From the NCBI GenBank assembly GCA_041495285.1, contig JBGQCJ010000005.1, positions 15,374 to 79,373 on the forward strand: DNA of 64,000 nt, read 5' to 3'. Shown piece by piece: positions 49,082-57,897 of this stretch. The notes under the pieces were generated by a model. It searched no databases. It was not told where the DNA came from and worked only from the letters and a program-made list of their open reading frames with translations. Each line of letters opens with the position of its first letter. The stretch's first letter is position 1. The position numbers were made by a program, and so were the translations under genes. Source of the stretch: Verrucomicrobiia bacterium (GTDB taxonomy: Bacteria > Verrucomicrobiota > Verrucomicrobiia > Palsa-1439).

Positions 49082-49237
49082 CCGCTGACCGGCGGCGCGA
49101 TCAACCCGGCCCGTGTGTTCGGCCCCGCGCTCGCCGTCAGCTTTTGGAACGCCCACTACGTTTACTGGCTCGGCCCGCTGATCGGCGGCGCGCTGGCCGG
49201 CTTGGTTTACAAGAACTGCTTCCTAAGCAAGAGTTGA
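49082..49237 (+). pseudogene. Orphan 3' fragment of an aquaporin gene (last ~51 codons plus stop)
   Basis: 156 bp about 90% identical to aqpZ 47034-47189. Encodes ...[50 protein letters not shown]. No upstream aquaporin body. Confidence 0.6.
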
Positions 49238-49825
49238 AGGCGGGAAACTGGCAACGTTGTTGGGAGAGGGAGCGCAGACGGTGGTGAGCTTGTCCGCCAG
49301 GACGGGCAAGCCGTGCGTCGGCGGGGCAAGGCCGTCTTTTAGAAGCGCATTGATTGTCCCGATTAGATCCGCGCCCTTGACAGGCTTCGTGACGAGCCCT
49401 TGCACGCCCTCGCGGAAACTGACCGGCAAACTATCGATGTCCACGTCAATAACGGCAATGACCTTGATTTGCGGATTGAGTCTGCGTGCGTACTTCAGGG
49501 TCTCCGCTCCGTTCAACCGCGGCATACTGTAATCCAGCAGCACTACCTGGAGATCGCCTTGGTAGTAACGCATGATGTCCAGCCCTTTCGCCCCGCTGGT
49601 GGAAGTCAACACGTCAAACCCAGTCCCGACCAGAAGTTCGCGGACAGTCTCCAGATACTCCCTGTCATCATCAATGACCAACACAGTCGGCGTTGATCTC
49701 TGGACCGGCAGATCTTTTTTCTGTGCCTTGACCCGGGAGGCTTCAGTCAAGAAAGAGCCGAAGAACCCCTTCAACAGTGTGAAAGCTGCAAGTCCACCCA
49801 TCTTAATCACGCCCTTCTCCCTCAT
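49223..49825 (-). CDS. Response-regulator receiver domain protein
   Basis: [27 protein letters not shown]...[13 protein letters not shown]...IKVIAVI... is a REC domain. Start uncertain (M1 or M9). 3' end overlaps the aquaporin fragment. Confidence 0.6.
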   Translation of the reverse strand: MREKGVIKMGGLAAFTLLKGFFGSFLTEASRVKAQKKDLPVQRSTPTVLVIDDDREYLETVRELLVGTGFDVLTSTSGAKGLDIMRYYQGDLQVVLLDYSMPRLNGAETLKYARRLNPQIKVIAVIDVDIDSLPVSFREGVQGLVTKPVKGADLIGTINALLKDGLAPPTHGLPVLADKLTTVCAPSPNNVASFPPSTLA

Positions 49826-49930
49826 GATTCTGTCCCATACACACCGCGAGAAAACGTCGAGCCCGCAACCAACCTTCTCCGAGACTGGCAGTTAAATACC
49901 ATGTTAGCGAACGGACATGCAAGCCTTATT

Positions 49931-50155
49931 TTATATGGCGTTCGAGGCCTCTATCTGTGGTGGGCTGAAAACCACAGGGCACGTGGTGCGTTTCAATGGG
50001 GGATTCGGGACGGGCAACGTGATGTGGTCGCCCTCGGCGTACACCTGTACCCGCGTACCCTCATCGATTTCGAACTCCTTACGCAACCAGCGCGGGATCA
50101 CCACCTGACCCTTCACTGTAAAGTAGATCGTGTCTGTTCTGGTAGTTGGCTTCAT
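49931..50155 (-). CDS. AbrB/MazE/SpoVT-family (swapped-hairpin) small DNA-binding protein
   Basis: 74 aa. TIYFTVKGQVVIPRWLRKEFEIDEGTRVQVYAEGDHITL matches the SpoVT-AbrB fold. Local GC is lower. No cognate toxin gene adjacent. Confidence 0.5.
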   Translation of the reverse strand: MKPTTRTDTIYFTVKGQVVIPRWLRKEFEIDEGTRVQVYAEGDHITLPVPNPPLKRTTCPVVFSPPQIEASNAI

Positions 50156-50319
50156 ATAGAAACATCCTACATGCTTCCACAAAGTTAGGTAACATCTAAT
50201 CCAGTAGGAAGTTTTTCCATGTGATGCACTCTGGCCAACCATTACGACGGCGATGCGCCTGCCGGCATGCCTTCGTCGTCCGCTACGGTTGCCGCAAACA
50301 CAACATCGCGGCCTCTCAT

Positions 50320-52992
50320 CTAACTCGGCTTCGGCTTTTGCCCGAACAGATACATCTGCGGCGGCTCTTGAATTTCTGACTTCTGACTCCTGTCTCCTGA
50401 CTTCTGCTTCCGCTCCGCCAGCTTCGGCTGCCCTTCGGCAGACAGTTCGGCTTCTTCGAGGTTGGCGAGGACTTCCTTCGCGCGGGTGATGACTTCTTTC
50501 GGCAAGCCGGCAAGACGGGCGACCTGGATGCCGTAGCTCTTGTCGGTGCCGCCGGGGAGAATCTTGTGGAGGAAAATCACTTGATCGTGCCATTCGCGGA
50601 CGGCGACGTTGTAGTTCTTCACGCGCGGCAACGTCGCGGCAAGTTCGGTCAACTCGTGATAGTGCGTCGCGAACAGCGTTTTCGCGCCGACTGCGTTGTG
50701 GAGGTGTTCGGCCACCGCCCACGCGATGCTCAAGCCGTCGAACGTGCTCGTGCCGCGTCCAATCTCATCGAGTACAACCAGACTCTTCGGCGTCGCGTTG
50801 TTCAAGATGTTCGCCGTCTCGTTCATCTCGACCATGAACGTGCTTTGCCCGCGCGCCAAATCGTCGTTCGCGCCGACGCGCGTGAAGATGCGATCCACCA
50901 AACCGACAGTCGCGCTCTTTGCCGGGATGAACGAGCCGACCTGCGCCATCAACACCAGCAACGCAACTTGCCGGATATACGTGCTCTTGCCCGCCATGTT
51001 CGGGCCGGTAATGATGAGAATCTGTTGCTCCGTGTTATCGAGCAGCGTGTCGTTGGGCACGAACCGCTCCTCGATGAGGGTTTGTTCCAATACCGGATGC
51101 CGTCCGTCCGTAATCTCGATTCGATCGGCATCGTTCACAGCCGGTCGGCAATAATTCTGGTGCCGCGCCAGCTCTGCGAATCCCGCCAGCACATCGAGCG
51201 CGGCAATCGCGGACGCTGATTGCTGGACAGCAACGGACTCATCCAGCACCGCATCGCGCACTTGCTGGAAGATTTCGTACTCCAGCGCCGCCGCGCGTTC
51301 CTCGGCCCCGAGAATCCTGCCCTCCATCTCCTTCAACTCGGGCGTGTAAAAACGTTCGCCACCGGCAATGGTCTGCTTGCGGATGTAGTCGCTCGGCACT
51401 TTGTCGAGATTGGCCTTCGTCACTTCGATGTAATAGCCGAATACGGAATTGAACCGTACCTTGAGTGACGCAATGCCGGTCCGCTCGATCTCACGTTGCT
51501 GGAGCGCAGCAATCCATTCCTTGCCTTCGCGCGAGCCGCCCCGGAGTTCGTCGAGTTCCGCGCTGTAGCCGGCCTTGATGATTCCGCCTTCTTTCAACGC
51601 CAGCGGCGGCGCATCTTCAATGGCGCGCGCAACGAGATCGACGACGTCCGGAAGCTCGGTGATTTGCGAGACGAGAATTTGTAGGAGCGGCCTGCCGGCC
51701 GCGACCGGGTTGGCGACCGGTGGTTCGGAGGATCGCGGCCGGGAGGCCGCTCCTACGACGGCACCAAGTGCCTTCTTCAACTTCGGCAATGCCGCTAGAG
51801 ATTCCTTGAGCGCGACGAGATCACGAGCGTTACCGGAGCCGACGCTTAACCGGCCAAGCGTGCGTTCCATGTCGCGCACGTCGCGCAACCGTTCGCGAAA
51901 CTCGGCCAGCACGTGTGGCGCTTCACAAAACGACGCTATTACGCCTTGACGCTCCACGATCTTCTCCACGTCCTTCAACGGATGCGTCAGCCATTCGCGG
52001 AGCAACCGCGCGCCCATCGGTGTGAGCGTGCGATCCATGCAACCAATGAGTGTGTGTTTCCGGTCGGTGCGCGGTGATTCGAGCAATTCGAGATTTCGCT
52101 GCGTCACGGCGTCGAGCACCATGAAGTCAGCGATGCTGTACACTTGCAGCCCGTGGATGTGCGCGGTGTTGCGCCGGAGCGATTGTGTGAGGTAGTGCAA
52201 CGCGGCACCCGCCGCGCCGATGCCAACGGTCAGATTGGCGGCACCGAAGCCGTCGAGCGATTGCGTCTTGAAGTGGTCCCGCAGCGTGAAGAACGCCGTC
52301 TCGCGCTCGAACGTCCAACCGTCGTGCGGCGTCGCACTGATGCCGAGGGCTTTCGCTTCGTCGAACCATTCCGCCGGTACGATGATCTCTGCCGGTCGGA
52401 CGCGCGCCAATTCGTTTTGGAGTTGTTCGGCGGTCACCAACTCCGTGACCTTAAAGTCGCCGGTCGTGAGATCAACCAGCGCGAGGCCGAAGCGAGCCGA
52501 TTCGGGACGAGGTGTAGTAGCGCCTGTCTCAGGCGCTGAGGACATTGATTTGCCGCTGGGGACAGCGGCTACTACACCGGCAACCGGACAAATCGCCGCG
52601 AGGAAGTTGTTGCGTTCGGCGTGGAGGATATGCGCGTCGAAGTGCGTGCCGGGGCTGAGGATTTGCGTGACGTCGCGGTTGACGAGCTTGCCGGGTTTGG
52701 CTTCCTCGAGCTGATCGCACACGGCAACTTTGCGGCCGGCGCGAAGGATTTTGCCGATGTAGGTCTCGGCGGCGTGGTGCGGGATGCCGCACATCGGGAC
52801 GCCGTTGCGGTGTGTGAGCGCGAGATTGAGTAGTTGCGAGCCGGTCTTGGCGTCGTCGAAGAACATTTCGTAGAAATCGCCGAGCCGAAAGAGGAGCAGC
52901 GCGTCCGGTGGGATTTCGTGTTTGATGCGCCGGTACTGCTGCATCATTGGAGACAGTCCGCTGGCCGGCTTCTGGGTTTTGTCACTCGCCAT
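50320..52992 (-). CDS. mutS: DNA mismatch repair protein MutS
   Basis: 890 aa. N-terminal mismatch-binding MMQQY..IK...LLFRLGDFYEMF. Walker A ITGPNMAGKSTYIRQ. Walker B/ABC region. Confidence 0.9.
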   Translation of the reverse strand: MASDKTQKPASGLSPMMQQYRRIKHEIPPDALLLFRLGDFYEMFFDDAKTGSQLLNLALTHRNGVPMCGIPHHAAETYIGKILRAGRKVAVCDQLEEAKPGKLVNRDVTQILSPGTHFDAHILHAERNNFLAAICPVAGVVAAVPSGKSMSSAPETGATTPRPESARFGLALVDLTTGDFKVTELVTAEQLQNELARVRPAEIIVPAEWFDEAKALGISATPHDGWTFERETAFFTLRDHFKTQSLDGFGAANLTVGIGAAGAALHYLTQSLRRNTAHIHGLQVYSIADFMVLDAVTQRNLELLESPRTDRKHTLIGCMDRTLTPMGARLLREWLTHPLKDVEKIVERQGVIASFCEAPHVLAEFRERLRDVRDMERTLGRLSVGSGNARDLVALKESLAALPKLKKALGAVVGAASRPRSSEPPVANPVAAGRPLLQILVSQITELPDVVDLVARAIEDAPPLALKEGGIIKAGYSAELDELRGGSREGKEWIAALQQREIERTGIASLKVRFNSVFGYYIEVTKANLDKVPSDYIRKQTIAGGERFYTPELKEMEGRILGAEERAAALEYEIFQQVRDAVLDESVAVQQSASAIAALDVLAGFAELARHQNYCRPAVNDADRIEITDGRHPVLEQTLIEERFVPNDTLLDNTEQQILIITGPNMAGKSTYIRQVALLVLMAQVGSFIPAKSATVGLVDRIFTRVGANDDLARGQSTFMVEMNETANILNNATPKSLVVLDEIGRGTSTFDGLSIAWAVAEHLHNAVGAKTLFATHYHELTELAATLPRVKNYNVAVREWHDQVIFLHKILPGGTDKSYGIQVARLAGLPKEVITRAKEVLANLEEAELSAEGQPKLAERKQKSGDRSQKSEIQEPPQMYLFGQKPKPS

Positions 52993-53287
52993 GACGCGGG
53001 CATTATAGCGGCGAGTCCGGCGTGGTCACGCCCGAAAACACGTTGGCCGAGTTTCCGCACGTTGGGAAACTCGGCCCCGCGTTTGCAGCTTCGATCGCTC
53101 TGTTGGCGGTCGTCGATCGTTCAACAACTGCGTCCCAGCGCGATCTTTGATTTTTCCGTACGTGAGCCGCAGAGCGTTCCGCAGCTTCGTCACGGCGGGG
53201 TCGCCTCCTTGCACGCTTGCGCGTTCATCGAGCATCCCCCAGCCCGATGCCGGACTGTTGAGCTTGGGTCGTGCCAGCGCAAAAACC

Positions 53288-53308
53288 GTGGAGCGTGGAG
53301 CGTGGAGC
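53288..53308. repeat. (GTGGAGC)x3 heptamer tandem repeat in the mutS-proximal intergenic region
   Basis: GTGGAGCGTGGAGCGTGGAGC. A near-identical GTGAAGCGTGGAGCGTGGAGC occurs at 18340-18360, inside coding sequence. Confidence 0.6.
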
Positions 53309-53376
53309 GGAGAACGAACCGACAAAGACGGCCAGTCCGAGCGCCCAAATTGGTCCGACACGACACAAAAATGGCC

Positions 53377-53775
53377 TCAGCGTGCGAAAAGCTCTTTGAG
53401 CGCGGTGCGAAGTTGTTCCATCTCGAAGGGTTTTTCGAGCAGCGTGTTGCCGGTGCGATAAATGAAGTCGGCCAGCCCGGCGCGGCGGCCGGGATTGCCG
53501 GTGATGAAGATGAATTTCTCGGCCAGATAGGGATATTGCCGGATGACCTCGTTATAGAGCGACTCGCCGTCCACGCGGGGCATCATCAGGTCGCAGATCA
53601 CCGCCTCGTAATCCGCGCCGCGCAACATATCCATGGCTTCCATCCCGTTGGCGGCGATGTCCGCGATGCAATTTTCGTAGGTGAGCACTTCGGAAAGCAA
53701 TTCGGCAAGCTGGTAGTCGTCCTCGACCACCAACACGCGATGGACGTACTCGACGGGACGCTTGGACTCGGTCAC
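53377..53775 (-). CDS. Stand-alone response-regulator receiver domain (CheY-like)
   Basis: VLVVEDDYQLAELLSEVL...AVICDLMMPRVDG...FIFITG... ; GTG start. Confidence 0.75.
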   Translation of the reverse strand: MTESKRPVEYVHRVLVVEDDYQLAELLSEVLTYENCIADIAANGMEAMDMLRGADYEAVICDLMMPRVDGESLYNEVIRQYPYLAEKFIFITGNPGRRAGLADFIYRTGNTLLEKPFEMEQLRTALKELFAR

Positions 53776-53796
53776 TTGAAGTTCCTCACCGAAAAC

Positions 53797-53840
53797 TGGA
53801 GCCGGCGATCAGACTTGAACTGATAACCTGCTGATTACAA
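53797..53840 (-). other. tRNA 3'-half-like sequence (T-arm, acceptor 3' strand, CCA), candidate att/direct-repeat remnant at the element boundary
   Basis: Minus strand reads ATCAG-TTCAAGT-CTGAT-CGCCGGC-T-CCA: a perfect 5-bp T-stem, T-loop of TTCRANT type, 7-nt acceptor strand, discriminator, CCA. No matching 5' acceptor, D-arm or anticodon arm upstream. Confidence 0.35.
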
Positions 53841-53950
53841 ATTGCACTAGGTGTGTTTCAGCCCGTGTCAGCTTGCGCTGCATTGTGCACGCCATCATGC
53901 TCCACTGCAAGGGCTTTTCTGTTTCATGCTCGCTGGTGAAACACCGCGAA

Positions 53951-55213
53951 TCATCCCGTCACCGGAAGCGCCGTGTGACTAGCCTTCGCGTCTACTTCGA
54001 CCGCCTTCCCGGTCACTGTCAGCCGAATTCGCCGGGCCTGCGCCAACAGATGGTCGGGACGCACGTCACCGTAGGTGTGCGCGATCAGGGCGGGGCCGGA
54101 CTTATCACCAAGCAGCGCCGCAATCTCGCTGTCTGTCAGCCCGGATTCTCGCGCTTGCGTGACGTAGAAACTTCGCAACCCGTGCGGGGTGACGTGCCCG
54201 ATCTTCAATTTCCGGCAAGCCGCCGTCAGCCGATGCCGGACGGCAGCCGCATCGCGGGGTTTGCTGGGGTCAAAGGGTGACGCGAACAGCAACGGGCTTG
54301 TTGCCCGTTCCTGCATAGCGCTCAGCAAGGCTTCCAGTTCAGGCGTGATTGCCACCCACGGCGTCACGCCCTTCTTCTCGCGTATCACATTCACAAGTCC
54401 TTCGGCCAGATTCACCATGCCCCACCGCAGCGGCAGCGCCTCGCCAATCCGCAAGCCGCTGTAGGCGAGAAATGCCACAAGGTCAGCAATCGCAATTTCG
54501 TTACGCCGGCGCAGCCAGCCGATGATTGCCTGCAAGCCTTCGGGTGTCGGCGCAACTTCCCGGCAGTGCCGCACGTCGGCGGCGCTAGTGTACGTGGTGC
54601 GGTCGCGCATCGGATTGGATTTCAACAGGTCGCGCCGGACGGCAAAGCGCAACACGTTGCCGAAGACGCCAAGCTCTAGGTCAACCGCGCGGTCGCCGCC
54701 CGTCGTGCGTTTGGTCCTTTCGTGCCCGCGCAGCTTATAGGTGACAACGTAACCGCCGCTCTTGCGCCAGGCGTGGTAACGGTCGCAATCGGCGTTCGTC
54801 ACCGACGCGGCAGGGTGCTCGCCGAAGTAGGCCAGCAATGGGCGCAGATGCCGCCGCTCGTTGTAGATCGTGCGGGGCAATTTCCGCCCCTTCGTCTTGC
54901 GTGGGTAGCCTGCCGTTTCGTATTCCGTTGCCAGTTCGCGCACCGTCACGCGCCCGCGCTGCAAGACAACGCCTTCGGGTTCAATCCCGTTTCGTATCAG
55001 CCAATGGTCACGCTTCCACTTCCGCAACCATTTGCGGGCGTCACTAGCATTGTCGGTTTCAGTGCTCTTCCAAGTCAACTTGCGATTGTCGCGCACGCGG
55101 GCGTAAATCTTCTTCCCTTCATAACGGAAGTGCTTCCCGCTTTCGTCCACGCCCTCGCGGACTTGCCGCGCCAAGCACGGGCCAATTATCTCGAAGCGTG
55201 TTTTGCTGGTCAT
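53951..55213 (-). CDS. Tyrosine-type site-specific integrase
   Basis: C-terminal catalytic domain with R...HGLRSFYVTQ...(H-x-x-R)...Y (LIAHTYG) tetrad. N-terminal SAM-like/arm-binding region. Confidence 0.85.
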   Translation of the reverse strand: MTSKTRFEIIGPCLARQVREGVDESGKHFRYEGKKIYARVRDNRKLTWKSTETDNASDARKWLRKWKRDHWLIRNGIEPEGVVLQRGRVTVRELATEYETAGYPRKTKGRKLPRTIYNERRHLRPLLAYFGEHPAASVTNADCDRYHAWRKSGGYVVTYKLRGHERTKRTTGGDRAVDLELGVFGNVLRFAVRRDLLKSNPMRDRTTYTSAADVRHCREVAPTPEGLQAIIGWLRRRNEIAIADLVAFLAYSGLRIGEALPLRWGMVNLAEGLVNVIREKKGVTPWVAITPELEALLSAMQERATSPLLFASPFDPSKPRDAAAVRHRLTAACRKLKIGHVTPHGLRSFYVTQARESGLTDSEIAALLGDKSGPALIAHTYGDVRPDHLLAQARRIRLTVTGKAVEVDAKASHTALPVTG

Positions 55214-55374
55214 GGCAGTTTCTCCAAGTAACGGGCGATCAGTTGGTCAATCACCCAACTTCTTTGCCGGTCCTTCTTGTCGCAGTACGTCTCCATCTTC
55301 GCTGCTGATTCGGGCGACACCGTTATGGACCATTTCACAGTTACGCCTTTGGGACTATTTGTTGGTCTGACCAT
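55210..55374 (-). CDS. Possible small ribbon-helix-helix (CopG-like) protein, stop overlapping the integrase start
   Basis: 54-aa ORF ...VKWSITVSPESAAKMETYCDKKDRQRSWVIDQLIARYLEKLP* has a beta-strand then two helices, typical of RHH. ATGA overlap with int. Its 5' end overlaps the recombinase 3' end by about 20 nt. Confidence 0.3.
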   Translation of the reverse strand: MVRPTNSPKGVTVKWSITVSPESAAKMETYCDKKDRQRSWVIDQLIARYLEKLP

Positions 55375-56095
55375 TGCGTATCTCCTTCTTGGTTGTGGCG
55401 CTCAAGGGATTTGTCCGCGCCAGGATTCTTAGAACTTGGATCGGTGTCCATTCAGTATGCCCGCGCTTCGTTGTCGCGCCGATCTTTTGCAGCTTGGCTG
55501 CGATCTTACGCAACGAAAAGCCGCGCTGACGCTGCTTACGGACAATGCCAATTACGCGTTGCTCGGTGTCGTTAGGCACCAGTTTTCCATCCACCGCCAC
55601 AAATCCAAACGGCACATCACCGCCGAGCTTCTCGCTGCGCTGCCGCTTGTATTGCATCGCACGCAGTGTTTTCTCGCTGATTTCCTTTCGGTAAACTTCA
55701 GCGAGGAGTGCCTTCAGCGTCAAATCCATCGTGCCGCTCACGGTCTTGTTTTCAACGAAGCCTTTATCCAGCGTGAAGAGCCGCGCCTTCGCCGGGCCGC
55801 AGACATCCTCCAAAAAAATCAGGGTATCCTTCTGCGAGCGGGACAATCGCGACAAGTCCGCAACAACGACGATGTTTGCCGCCTTCGCTTTCACCATCGC
55901 AACGAGCGCAGCAAATCCAGGCCGCTTGCTGGCGGGTTTTCCGCCACTGACGCCTTCGTCGCGCAACACCGCAATCAGTTCCCAGCTTTGCCGCGCGGCC
56001 TCGGCACAAATCAGCGCTTCTTGCCGTTGCAAGCTCTCGCCGTCTTTGACCTGCTCCTCTGTGCTTACGCGAATGTAACCGACTGACTTTATCAT
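55355..56095 (-). CDS. Serine recombinase (resolvase/invertase family) with C-terminal HTH
   Basis: SVGYIRVSTEEQ...GESLQRQ has the catalytic Ser motif. About 246 aa with C-terminal DNA-binding region. Confidence 0.85.
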   Translation of the reverse strand: MIKSVGYIRVSTEEQVKDGESLQRQEALICAEAARQSWELIAVLRDEGVSGGKPASKRPGFAALVAMVKAKAANIVVVADLSRLSRSQKDTLIFLEDVCGPAKARLFTLDKGFVENKTVSGTMDLTLKALLAEVYRKEISEKTLRAMQYKRQRSEKLGGDVPFGFVAVDGKLVPNDTEQRVIGIVRKQRQRGFSLRKIAAKLQKIGATTKRGHTEWTPIQVLRILARTNPLSATTKKEIRNGQTNK

Positions 56096-56199
56096 CTTGA
56101 CCCCTAATGAGGGGTTTTATACTACTAATCCTACCAAATGGCAAGCGGATGCTGTTACAGATGGTGCCAAGTGTTACGGATCTCACCGCAAATTCCACG

Positions 56200-56523
56200 T
56201 CAGTGGGCGCTTCCGCCGCAGGTCGGCAAGGCTTGGGATTCATCGGTTACTCCTCCTTCTCCGTTTCGATGACCGCACATCGCCGGTGTCTCAGTGGCCG
56301 GTGCAGTGGGCTCAGTCAAATCGCACTCGCAGTTTGCTTCGGTGTGCCGTTCGAGGAATCGCAGCCAATCGGATTCCTTTACGCGGACAATGCCGCCGAC
56401 CCGCACAACGCGCAAACCGCGCTCCTTTCGCCAACGATAAACAGTAGCGCGACTTGCCTTGCCAACCTCGCGGATCTCATCCAATGTGTAGAGTCTTTCA
56501 ATTGGTTCCGGGTTTGTGGTCAT
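56200..56523 (-). CDS. AlpA/excisionase-like HTH DNA-binding protein
   Basis: LYTLDEIREVGKASRATVYRWRKERGLRVVRVGGIVRVKESDWLRFLE is an HTH_17/Xis-like domain. The C-terminal 40 aa of the ORF are low-complexity and may not be translated. Confidence 0.55.
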   Translation of the reverse strand: MTTNPEPIERLYTLDEIREVGKASRATVYRWRKERGLRVVRVGGIVRVKESDWLRFLERHTEANCECDLTEPTAPATETPAMCGHRNGEGGVTDESQALPTCGGSAH

Positions 56524-56670
56524 TGTTGTCCTCGCATTGGCGCCTTCGATCGCATTTTTTACCGCTCAGTATCGTTGCCACCAGTAAAGACGACTGAAAC
56601 AGCTTTGTTGCCGGGGGGTCACCCTTTGCCAGCGGGTAGTGCCGTGCAGGATTTGAAGCGGGTGCGGTGG

Positions 56671-57505
56671 TCATGGCTTCGTCGAGCCGGCCAGCAGTTT
56701 CACCAGCCGGGTGCGTTCCTTCGTCTCCAATTGCCTTACCCGGGCCAACGCCTCCAAGTCCATGCGTTGCTCGACCTCGCTTCGGATCCGATGCCGCAAC
56801 ACGTCCACCGGGAGCGCGTCCAGTTCCACGCAGCGGTCGCCATGCTCGGCGATAAAAGCGGCGCGGCGCGTATCGGTGCGTTTGGTCGGGTCGGGCGGCA
56901 AGTGGTAGCGCTCGATGTCCTCGGCGGTCAGGGCGCACTTGACAATTTCTGGACAAAGCCTCGAAAAACGCCAGCCGCTCGCGCAGACTGCGCACCATGT
57001 CCTCGCCGCTGGGGTCGAAGTCGCCGAAGTAGAGCACGCTCGCATTGTCGCCACCGCCATAGCGATCAGCGGCATTGTGGATACTCGCCCAACCATCGTA
57101 ACCACGGCCCACGTTGAGCGTGACGCCATACGATTCGAGCACGTCCTCGAAAATGCCGGACAGTGCGTCCTTCTCGAGCCAGACCTCGACGTAACCCGGC
57201 TGGCTTGCCCACACGTCGCGACGGTATGCCTGACGCGCGGTTTCGCTGAAGTCAGCTAGGTCAGCCCACATGCTGACGGTTCGGGGTCGGCGCAACCGGT
57301 CTTCGATCCAAGCCCACGGGATCGTTCCGTCCTGGCGGGCGCGCACGAGCACATTACTGACTGCCTGATATTGGCTCCGGTTGTTTTCTATGACTTGTCT
57401 GGAAACGAGTTGGTAGTACACCTGCCGCACCGTCATCGGATGGTGTTCAGACAAAACCTCGACGGCGACTTCCAGCAACTGCTGCGTTTTCGCATGCCTA
57501 CCCAT
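56671..57505 (-). pseudogene. Topo VI-A/Spo11-like 'mini-A' protein (winged-helix with YY, toprim with DxD), interrupted by a frameshift
   Basis: AAGGAG SD then ATG 57505. MTVRQVYYQLV (R-x-V-Y-Y, as in the Spo11/TopVIA catalytic Tyr region), YVEVWLEKDALSGIF (toprim E), LYFGDFDPSGEDM (toprim DxDPxG). The frame breaks near a T5 run at about 56960-56975. A second frame continues ...PEIVKCALTAEDIERYHL...LAGSTKP to stop 56671. Confidence 0.5.
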
Positions 57506-57897
57506 CAGACCGCAGTCTCCTTGCCGGCAAGCCGTAGGACATACGCGCAAGAGTCACGGCCCTTGTCGTTGCCGCTCTGTTCACTAGTGCTCGATCTCAC
57601 ACCCGGTAAAGACGACAGCGGCCCATATTTGCACCGAGATCGTGAAAGATTTCTTTGGTGGCCCGACATCTTCCGGCTGCTGTCCGCGATGCTGTTCAAC
57701 GAATCGGGCGTCATGGTGAAATCGGAGGCAGTTGCTGCGCATGCGGGGTGCCGTCACTGTGTCCTACTTAACCGCATCCTCTGGCGAGAAGCTGGCCGAC
57801 GGTAAGCAAAAGGCCGTGGCGAGCTACCCATCGAGTTCACGGCCGCAGGACTTATCAAATCAAGTCGTGTTTCTGTCGATCCTTGGCCATCCACGCC

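Noticed and set aside
50340-50420. CTGACTTCTGACTCCTGTCTCCTGACTTCTG repetitive string
   Set aside because: Lies inside the mutS C-terminal coding region (encodes the K/S/Q-rich tail). Coding low complexity, not a separate element.
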